A stretch of 64,000 nt of DNA. Origin: Zootoca vivipara. Taxonomy: Eukaryota. How positions within the stretch are numbered: position 1 is the first letter of the stretch; each line of letters begins with the position of its first letter. The notes under the pieces were generated by a model, which worked only from the letters and a program-made list of their open reading frames with translations, was not told the origin of the DNA and searched no databases. The stretch is taken from positions 12,338,001 through 12,402,000 of the forward strand of contig NC_083287.1 of the NCBI RefSeq assembly GCF_963506605.1, read 5' to 3'. Position numbers and translations under genes: made by a program. This document shows, in pieces, positions 26,346 to 36,890 of this stretch.

Positions 26346-29171
26346 TAGACCCAGGTTAGGGCACTCCTTTTTTGTTATTTGTCCATGGGACCAAGAATGG
26401 GTATATCCCAGTTAATTTTCCCTAGGTGTCAATCTAGGAATGTGATAGCCATGATCTTCATTTATATCTTGTGCTCCTCAGGTCAGTTCACAACATAAGC
26501 AATGGCAATTCCATAAAACAATTACAAAAACACACACAGGGTTAGTACTTAAAATAATCACCATTGATTACAAAGGCTGCAACCCTGGGAATAAACTAAT
26601 TTGTTTCTGAGTAAACATACATAGGATTGGGCTGATAAAGCCCATCTCACAGTAATACGTAAACTGAGAGGGGGCTAGCTGGGGCGGGGGGCAGAGGACA
26701 AAAGAAAGCCATTCACCCTACAGCATGCCCAAAATCTTGTTTTCTCAAAAGTATGGGAAATCAAAATATTTCCAAAATATATACAGCTCATCATAGGAAA
26801 CAAGCACTATTCAGCTCAAGCACAGCACTCTCTTGACAAAGCAACCGAGTGTCCAGCTCTTTCAACAATTAAAGCTGTTAGAGAGCCATCAGCCCTGTTG
26901 CTAAGAAGGTGAATTTTTAGCCAAGCTTTAAGGTGAGTCAGTTCATAAATTAAGAAATTCAGCTCCCTCTCAGACTGTCAAGCAATAGGAACAATAGAGA
27001 TTACAAACAGAACATTAACATGAAGAGGCAGGCAAGCAGTCTCCCCGTTCATTCTCACGGTAAGCTGAAAGAAAGCAAGATTCTGTGGAAATAACAGGGG
27101 GTTCAGAAACGCCTATTGAGAAAAACATTCAGACAACTGAATAGCTGACCCTTCTGAAAATGATCATGGGGAATTAAATAGCCTTGTAATTACTGAACGG
27201 AGGAGGTCAAATAGGGGAAAAGTGAGATGTGACTGATCAGATTGCGCTATGTAATAAAATTACTCACCTGAAAATATCATTTGGACTTGTCAGCAGACAT
27301 TCTCACCTACGCACATCATGTAGGCTAGGAAGCTTCATATTTTAGTAATTAAAAAATAAATAAAGGAAGTGGCTTCTGCTTGCTAAGCCACTACTTCTCC
27401 CGAGGAGAGTTTTGCTGCTAATGCTGGGATGGCTTGGGAGCAAAGACGACAGGCACAGAGTACGCAGGCGTGTCTTGCAGGAATGTGAGGCTTAGTGCCT
27501 GCTCCTTTGTGCAATACTTTTGCAAAAGGCAAGGAAGGCTTATTAGTTACTGAGCCTTATTTGCGCCCCTGCTGAGCTGCTTTGTATTCCAGCTTGGGTT
27601 TTTCCCACTCCGACATACACACTTGCAGTGCCAGAGTCAGATGCTGCTACACAAAAGATCCCCTGACTGCTCTGGTTTGCTGGGAAGGAAGCATTAGCCT
27701 CTCAGTGGCACATCCTGATGGCATGGACTAATTTCCTATTTTAAGGCGGAATACTGCTCATACTCTGACATGTAATTTGGCTACACACACAGCTGGATTT
27801 TACACACTGAGAGATTGTTTTCTATACCTGTTCTCTTTAGATATTTGAAATCTGGGTGTGTGTTTTTTAAAAGAAAAGGAAAAGGAAACTCTGAATTGCC
27901 TTGACATGCTCTTTCTCTCTCTTGTTCCAATCCTGAACAGTATTTCCTTCATAGTGAAGAATGTTCCAACATTCTGCTTTGAGGATTGTGTAGAATCAAC
28001 CAATATCCTAGGGATTATTGTTCTCACTGATGGTGTGGTCAGTCCAGTTAACTCCAACCTTGGGTTCTCATTGCTGATAGACCACAATTCCTGTCATCCT
28101 TGACCATTGGATAAGCTACTAGGATGACAGGAGTTGCAGTCCAGCAACATCATTCTGGAGACCCAAGGTTTGAAGAATACTGGGGGTCAGGGATGGGGAA
28201 CCAGTGGTTGTCTAGATGTTGTTGGCCTTTAGGTCCCATCCTTGATCACTGCCCATGTATGCTCCTGGAGCTCCTTGGTATTTTTAAACATATAACCATA
28301 TATAACTTGGTATTTTAAATTATATAACCATCTGATTAACATAAGTGACCCCTCTCGTTCTCCTTCTGTGTTATTTCTTCAGCAAAAATAAACCAGATCT
28401 TTAGTGTGTGGAGGGATGATGATGAATTCAATTTTTAACCACCCTTCACCGTGTGGTCTGAGGATAGGTTCCAGTAAATTAAACATATAATATTAAAACG
28501 GTAGAAAGCAAATTACAGTCACAAGAATAGGGCAAGTCCTAAAAAACTATCAAGTGTCGAAGGCCAGGTAAAGAAGTGCACCTTCAGCACACAATGGAAA
28601 CTCAATAGTGAAGGCACCAAACATACCTCTGGGGAGGGAATTCCGTAACATGGGGGTTGACACAGAGAATGCTTTCTCCTGGGGCAACCCTCAAACTTCT
28701 GTGGGCAGTGGAACTACTAAGTGGGCACCCACTCTTCTGAACTGATCATGTGCACTGGGCAAGAAAGAATATTTCAATATGCAATTTTGATTCTCTGAAG
28801 GTATCTCATGTTTTGTATAGCTTTGAAATTTTCATGCTGTTAGATCAATACTTGAAGAATTAGAAGTTGAATCTGTTAATTACCCAGATGTACAGACTAA
28901 TTAGAGACCAAGGAGTTTAGGGAAACCGACAAAAGTAGCTTCAGGTTGTATTCCTTTAGCTACTAACCTCCCAAGGAGACATATATAGGATTGGCCAAGT
29001 CAGGCGTATATACAGTATAATCCTTTGTATGTCTACTCAGAAGTAAGCTGCATTGCATTCAACAGGTCTTACTCATAGGTAAATGCACAGTGGATTACAG
29101 CCTTAATCCCATTGATTTCTGTGGTTTTTAATCTGTAATCATTACAGGTTTAATCGTATAGAGATCAATGG

Positions 29172-29261
29172 CATAGCTGCCAAGTTATCCCTTTTTTACA
29201 GGGATTTTCCCTTATGCTGAATAGGCTTCCTCACGAGAAAAGGGAAAACTTGGCAGCTATG
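29172..29261. mobile_element. 90-bp MITE, copy 1
   Basis: 15-bp perfect TIR CATAGCTGCCAAGTT / AACTTGGCAGCTATG; 6-bp TSD caatgg. Confidence 0.9.
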
Positions 29262-29750
29262 CAATGGGATTAAGGCAGAAATGTAATGGATGTAATGCAA
29301 TGGGCTTAACACTGTGATGTATTTGTATGGTGTAATGGATCAGGGCCAAGGTAGGCTGCCAAATCAGTGGAAGCTGAGTATTATGGCCCCCCCCCACGTT
29401 TTGTTAAAATAAGAGCAGCATATACCCTCCTTCTTCCAAACTGGGGAAGGAGGTGTAGGCAAGAGAAGCCTGGAAGCCTAAGAAAACACTGAGTGTCAAA
29501 TGAGAGACAAGTTGTGAAACTTCCTCCTGAGAAAGCTCTGGCCAATTATTTGGCTGGAGCAAGTGCCTCAGTCATTTCTCATTAGCCTTAATGACGCAAA
29601 AATCATTTCCCCCCTCCTACATTAAGTAATTAAGTAATCTGGTTGCAATGGGGCTAAGGGAAAAGGACAGTGAAGTAAACTGAGAAAAGCAATGTATTGA
29701 CGACCTTGTCTATGGTGTAATTTTCTACATACATGTATGATGGACACCTG

Positions 29751-29995
29751 GAAGAAGAAGAGTTTGGATTTGATATCCCGCTTTATCACTACCCGGAGTC
29801 TCAAAGCGGCTAACATTCTCCTTTCCCTTCCTCCCCCACAACAAACACTCTGTGAGGTGAGTGGGGCTGAGAGACTTCAAAGAAGTGTGACTAGCCCAAG
29901 GTCACCCAGCAGCTGCATCTGGAGGAGCGGAGACGCGAACCCTGTTCCCCAGATTATGAGTCCACCGCACTTAACCACTACACCACACTGGCTCT
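29751..29995 (-). mobile_element. tRNA-derived SINE (Squam3-like), full length
   Basis: Minus-strand head AGAGCCAGTGTGGTGTAGTGGTTAAG (A box) ... GGTTCGCGTC (B box); CORE-like body; (CTT)n tail. Confidence 0.85.
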
Positions 29996-30683
29996 TATAG
30001 GAACACAACCTATAAAGGTGCATCCCTGGTGTAGAAAGAGTTGGTGTGGATTTTAATTCTCCAATTCAACTCTCACTTCCACTAGGACAGATAGTGGCCT
30101 CTGGCCATCTAAATATTGTTGGACTCCAACTCCCACCAGCCCCAACTAGCACAGCTAACAACCTGGGATGATGTGAGCTGTAGTTATTGTATAGTCCCAG
30201 GGATATGGGAGCTATAGTTCTCCACCCCTGTACTAGGAATCCACTCACTGACTGTCCACAGACAAGCCACTGCCTTTTGGCCTCAGCCCCCTCCTGTGTT
30301 TGGCGGATAATGAATCTTGCCTACTTTGTAGCACTGTTAGGATTACATAGATCCTCCTCCAACCTGGTGTCTTCCAGATGCTTTGAACTATAATTTCTAC
30401 AATCCCTGGCCTCTGGTCAAGCTGGCTGCTGATGGGAACTGCAGTCCAAAACATCTGGAGGGCACCAAGTTCAGGAAAACAGACACATGTGTGAAGTGCT
30501 CTGAATACTCAAGTGCTTTATTAATGCCAAGTTTTATGACGATTCTGTAAGAATATTCCAAACTGAGCAAAGCTAGTCATAGCTGCAATGCGGCTATTCA
30601 GAGGCAACAATATCTACATCTGATGGAAATATGCACATTCACAGGGTGAAAGGGCATCTGAGTGATGCACGTTTGTGCGTGAA

Positions 30684-31028
30684 TAGGGGGAAAATGGGTA
30701 TGTCATTTCTGGTTTCTCTGGGGTTCTCATTTTTCTAGTCTAAAGTTCAGTTCTCCACATTTCCGCTTCAGTTTGCATTTTTTAAAAATCTTAATGAAAA
30801 TTTAGCATTATTTTAATGTGAATTTCTCACAATATACACATTTTTGGTGTTATTTTCACTAATATATGCATTTTTATGTACACTTTCCCCTAGTATATGA
30901 AGTTTTGCACACGTATCTCAAGAGTTGCATAGCAAAATTCAGTGGTGTAAATCTTGTGCTTCGTTTCACATATTCTAGGTAGATTCACCTTTAAATATGA
31001 ACCGAATTGGACTTCTCCCCCATCTCTT
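30684..31028 (-). mobile_element. TIR-type dispersed repeat, internally deleted copy
   Basis: Reverse complement of the 45332-46021 family; flanked by the imperfect 10-bp direct repeat tgtgcgtgaa / tctgcgtgaa. Confidence 0.7.
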
Positions 31029-31501
31029 TCTGCGTGAATCATCTCTAGCTCTTCTTTGTTCAAATAACGCCTGCCCTTTCTAGTTTTCTACTCTATAAAA
31101 CCTATTCTCCTTTTTAGCCATTACATAGCAGCATTTCGGTTGTCAGGATGCTGTTGCCAAGGGAGATAGAATAGATGTGCAGCTGTTTTTTCTTCCTCCT
31201 CCACTTAGATTTGCTGTTGCTATTTACCTGACAGTGTGGCCTTTGGCTGTTGAGTGCATCACTGTTAATGCTCTAAGGCATTTCGGAGGAATTGTAGCAA
31301 TGGCATAATGGCTCCCCAGCATCAAGTACAGCTTGCACAGGACCCTATTGGAAGAAGGGTTTTGTTTTATGTCACAAAGGCCGACTCAGAATGTCGAAAG
31401 TACCGTAGTGGCAGTATAGGGGTAGGAAAGAATCAAAGAGAAAGTATAAGTGGGTTTGGCTGCCTTAACCATTTCAGACATCTAAATATGACTGTTTACA
31501 T

Positions 31502-31637
31502 CAGGCATCCCCAAACTTCGGCCCTCCAGATGTTTTGGACTACAATTCCCATCATCCCTGACCACTGGTCCTGTTAGCTAGGAATCATGGGAGTTGTAGG
31601 CCAAAACATCTGGAGGGCCGCTGTTTGGGGATGCATG
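31502..31637. mobile_element. 136-bp hAT-type MITE
   Basis: Same family as 2957-3092; perfect 8-bp TSD gtttacat. Confidence 0.92.
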
Positions 31638-33868
31638 GTTTACATGCATCTGAAATGTGTAAATCAGGGGTGGGAAACGTCAGTTCCAGGGCCTGAATGA
31701 GGTCTTCCAAGCCCCTTGAAGCCCCACACCCTACCCCAGCTCCTAGGGGAACTAGGAATGGTGTGGGACCACAGTTCCAAGGATCCTTTGGCAGATGCTA
31801 TGGCTGATAAAGCTTTATATGTGAGCTTTCAATGTACGATGTATATGTGACTGGTGACAAGGTGTACAGACAAGACACTTGCAAAAAATTCCAGTCTAGA
31901 GGGGTCCCACGTGTGCGTGTACATACACACACAGTCTTCCAATGTCTCTCCAAGGAAATTTGACCCTTTAGGGTTAAGTTTCCCCCCTCCAGATTAGGAT
32001 GTTTGCTTGCTGGTTAATTTTCCTTCTAGCCTGCCCAGCCTCTTGTGAGACCACAAGAAACCTGTGTGCACCCGCTCAGTCTGTTGTCTAGGTGCTAACC
32101 ACAGATGGGCAAATTCTGGGCCCCATCATATGAGTCTTTCTCTTTAAACCAGATTTGGACTGGAGAGCCCCTCAAATAGAGGACTGTCCTTTGTCACAAA
32201 GGACACATGGACACCAAGGTAGAATTGCGGAACTTCTGCAGAAGCCTCCTCATTGCCTGGGCCTCAGTGATTTTGTATCTTCTGAAGACTTTCACCTAAA
32301 GGAAGAAATTCATGGGAGCAGCATTCATAGAGGAGAGAAATCACAAAGGCAACATGCTACAGCAGCATTTGAAAAGGGACTTGACAATTTGGCCTCCTAA
32401 TAGCATGTGTCACTGCAAGTGTTACTAATACAGGGGCGATCACATCTCATTCTTCTGAAGGTCGGATGATCACTACAGGTATCATAAGTTATTCCTCTCC
32501 CACTTGATAAAGAGGACAGCACAAGTGGTAAAGGTACAGATAGATTTTTGCCTTCCTCTGGAGTCAGATACCGAACTAGAATAACGGATTGCCTGAGCTG
32601 ACGCAGTAAATTGTGTGCTTTTACATAGAACAACCTCAGAGAGAACACTGGAACTGCTTCTGCTAATGAGGGCTAAAGCGCTTGGCATTTTAATAGAGAA
32701 CCTTTATGATCCATTACTTGATTAATTAGATTTGGTAGTTGAGGGCTGAGAATACTGAAATAGCATCTGAAGTACCTCTACAATATCTGCTCTTCTGATT
32801 CCATGTGGCTGATAAACTAAAAATTCTTGATTCAATATGCGATTTATTTATTGTGATTTATTTGGCAATATATTCTGTTTGACTGGTGGTTTATGTTTCC
32901 TGTGAGAAATGAATTCTCTTTTTGTAATTCGTTTAACTGTCCTTCACTACCACGGTTCCTTTAGACACTAGAGTGCCTTGTGTGAATATTCATTAGCTAG
33001 GAGATGCTAAGGGCATGATCCAGTCACATTTAAGCACTTTTAATTCTAACAGATTTCAGTAGGTGATATAAACATTTGCTTAACTTGAGCTGAAATCTGT
33101 GGAGGTTTTTAGTTTCTAGATGCTCTATTTTTTTTATTAAACTTTTAAAAAAAATTGGATGGATTCCAGATGGTGCCTCTGCACTAACGGAAGGGCTATT
33201 GATTCATTTATAGCATCTGCTAATGGAAGAGGAGAGGGAATGCTTTTTTGCCCATTCCTTCTTCCCCCTAACCTCTCCTGCACATCCCCTCCCACCCTAT
33301 TCTGGGAGAATCCAACCATTCTATGGAGCTGATTTTCAGGGGAAGAGGGTAGATGTCACAAGGGGAGAGAGCACAGGAAGATATCTTATATTGAATTTGA
33401 CTATTGTTCCATCTAACCCAGTATTGTCTACATTGACTAGCAGTGATTTCAGACAGGGGACATCTTCCTACCTGAAGTTGAACCTGGGACCTTCAGTAAG
33501 CAGGACAAGTGTTCTGCCATTGAGCTATGACACTTACCCCAAAAGTGCCTCCCCTTTTCTTTCATTGCTGGGTCCTTCTGAGAAATCCAGCACTCACTGG
33601 ATTCCACCCAACTATTTTACTGCCATCTCAGGGACCATTATATTATGGAGAAATGCTGCAGAGCAGTAACAAATTAATCTGGCTTACAAAATGAATATGT
33701 AGAATACACAAATCTTCTTAACTATAAGCCATAAAACAAAAAAATGAATAACAATGAAACTTAGTTTTCAGTATTGAAGTATGCATCTGTTTCTATAATG
33801 TTTTATGTTGTGAACTGCCCTGTGATCTTCAGATGGAGAGTGGTATACAAATTTAATAAATACTATTA

Positions 33869-34222
33869 AGGTAAAGGTAAAGGACCCCTTGATGGTTAAG
33901 TCCAGTCAAAGGTGACTATGAGGTTGCGGCACTCATCTCACTTTCAGGCCAAGGGAGCTGGTGTTTTTCCACAGACAGCTTTCTGGGTCATGTAGCCAGC
34001 TTGACTAAACCGCTTCTGGTGCACCGTTTATCTTTCTGCCACAGCAATACCTATTTATCAACTTGCACTGGTGTGCTTCCGAACTGCTAGGTTGGCAGAA
34101 GCTGGGACAGAGCAACGGAAGCTCACCCCATCACATGGAATCAAACCGCTGACCTTCCGATTAGCAAGCCCAAGAGGCTCAGTAGTTTAGACCACAGTGC
34201 CACACACAGGCAAATAGCAGGG
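33869..34222 (-). mobile_element. Sauria SINE
   Basis: aaggtaaaggtaaagg tail and full core; TSD aaatactatta at 33858-33868 and 34223-34233. Confidence 0.9.
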
Positions 34223-35574
34223 AAATACTATTACAACTACGGTACTACTGCTGATATTAACAATAATACCACATAATCTAGCTCGAAAGAATCCCTCTAT
34301 GCAAACTTAAGAGACCACGACAATGTCAGGCAGCCAGATAAATTATGTTTTATTGGTAAGAAGTCTTATATTGTGCTCTGATTTTTCCTCCTTTCTCCTC
34401 CAGTTTGGAAGGTTTTGCTTCTCTTTTAGATGAACCACAGCTTGCTGTGCTATTTGAACTTGATAAACTGGCTACTCCACAAATGGGAAACTTCAGGCTT
34501 GGAAGCCCAATGCTCCATACCTCTCAGTCTGGCCCTTGAGACTCTCACTGGGCCCCTCCTGGGCCCCTCAAACTGGCTGTGATCTGCACTCTCATCAAGT
34601 GTTTCTGTCTAATTGAAATGTGTCCTTGAACTGTGACAGTGCCCCTTGCTTGCCTGGATGCAGGATGGAAAGATGTTAGTATGCAGAAACCTTTTATTTT
34701 TGCGTAGGTGGAACATAGCCTATTAAACTAAGGTTTATTTAATTATTCTACCCCCTTTTGCTTCTGGTCCTGCTATTGGCATGTGGCCCTTGGAAGGCTT
34801 TCCAGGTGGGAATGCAACCATCAGGCTGAGAAAAGTTCCTACTCCAGCTCTGCTCCCTATCACGACCCTTTACAACCAGTGTGGAGAACCTTTGCCCCTC
34901 CAGATGCTTCTGAACCATAACTCCATCATCCCTGGCCATTGGCCATGCTTGCTACAGCCGATATCAGCTATAGTTCAGCAACATCTGGAAGGTCAAAGGT
35001 TCCCTACCCCTGCTTTACAATAAGGAATGTTGAATTTAGACTTTTTCTTTTTTACTAATAGCATGGTAAACATAGTATCATCTGAAATCTTGTTTGGTTA
35101 ATTTGTTTAGCACTGATTCACAGGGGAAGCCATCAAAAACTCCACAAAATATTACAACACAAGCCTTCAGTTAACCCACAGCTTTTCATGATGGAATGCT
35201 CTCCAAACATCAAGGTGTCTGCACAACCTGTTTTTGCCGCTTTGCTCCCTGCCCTTGGTTTTTTTTACTGCCCTCATGCTGCACACCATTGATTTTTCAT
35301 TGAAATCCTGGAAACATTAGCCATGTACTTGGAACACTCTGCTTCTCTTAGTTCTGAAATGCTGCCTCAGTGGACTAGAAATAAAAACAGCTAAAGCCAA
35401 ATGGGTATCAGAGGAGGGATTCATAAATATGAGGAACTCAGGACTCAGCTACATGTACAAGAGAAATGTGTAGCACAGCCTTCTGTGACTGGAGCACTTC
35501 AGGATGCAGGTGACCAACTGCAGGACTTGAGTGGTGCCTCCAAGTCAACCATGGGTTCTTGGGCAGACTGTTCT

Positions 35575-35664
35575 CATAGCTGCCAAGTTATCCCTTTTTT
35601 ACAGGGATTTTCCCTTATGCTGAATAGGCTTCCTCGCGAGAAAAGGGAAAACTTGGCAGCTATG
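35575..35664. mobile_element. 90-bp MITE, copy 2
   Basis: One substitution relative to copy 1; 6-bp TSD tgttct. Confidence 0.9.
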
Positions 35665-35844
35665 TGTTCTGTGATTATGGATGAGGGGAAAATGCAATTC
35701 AGTTTGCATTTAAAGGCAAACCTACCTAATTTGCACTCTCAGAAACAATATATGAACCGAAACACAGCCATCTTTCAAAATCCACATTTCTCCAGCAAAG
35801 CAGTGTGCACAGAAATGGCTAAAGTGTGCATAAAAATGTATATA

Positions 35845-36080
35845 CCCTGTTTCTCATATTTTAAGACATACCCATAAAATAAGCCATAGGAGGATTTTTA
35901 AGGATTCAAGGAATATAAGCCATACCCCGAAAATAAGACATAGTGATAGGCACAGCAGCAATGCCAGCCGCGACAGGAGGAGGAGGAAAAAAAATAAGAC
36001 ATCCCTTGAAAATAAGCCATAGTGTGTTTTTTTGAGGAAAAAATAAATATAAGACGTGTCTTATAATATGAGAAACACGG
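35845..36080. mobile_element. Tc1/mariner-pogo type MITE nested in a TIR-family copy (about 35680-36215)
   Basis: TIRs ccctgtttctcatatt / aatatgagaaacacgg, TA flanks, internal AAATAAG(A/C)CAT repeats. Confidence 0.85.
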
Positions 36081-36588
36081 TATTTGTGGAAATAACATAC
36101 AACAATACACCAGGGAAATTTGCTTTGCAAAAATGTGCATTATTACTCAAGATTAAATGCAATGTGTGCATTAGGAGAAATTCAAAATAAAATGATGATG
36201 AATTTCCTTGATGGTTATTTCTGCAGTTTACAACCTATTATAAAACACTGAATAGAACATGACAAAATACCAAAATTAAAACATTACAAACGAAAATCAA
36301 ATACAAACTACAATAAAGATAAAACTGCATACTGATAAAACATTAGCAATAAAAATCAAACAGAAAACTGCAATAAAGGTTCCACATATCATTAGCAACA
36401 ATTTATTTATTTTTGAATGCATATTCTGCCCTTCCTCCCTAATGAGCCTTCTGAGATAGAAGCTGCACTCTCTCCCTGCAGTAACATTTCCCAATTTTCT
36501 GCTTCACTCTCAAGCATTCCCACTAACCATAAAACAACGACCATTAGTCGCAAAGCAAATATCTGGGGTTACATCCCAACTAAGTTAG

Positions 36589-36890
36589 GTAAAGAGACCC
36601 CTGACACTTAGGTCCAGTCATGACCGACTCATCTCACATTATTGGCCAAGGGAGCCGGCATACAGCTTCCAGGTCATGTGGCCAGCATGACAAAGCTGCT
36701 TCTGGTGAACCAGAGCAGCACATGGAAACACCGTTTCCCTTCCTCCTGTAGCGGTACCTATTTATCTACTTGCACTTTGATGTGCTTTCGAACTGCTAGG
36801 TTGGCAGGAGCTGGGACCGAGCAACGGGAGCTCACCCCATCATAGGGATTCGAACCGCCGACCTTCTGATTGGCAAGCCCTGTGTCCCTG
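36589..36890 (-). mobile_element. Sauria SINE with internal deletions
   Basis: Core cggtacctatttatctacttgcactttg; TSD actaagttag at 36579-36588 and 36891-36900; A-box segment deleted. Confidence 0.9.

Noticed and set aside
35401-35877. 158-aa plus-strand ORF
   Set aside because: It runs across the 90-bp MITE and two other repeats; a chimeric chance frame.
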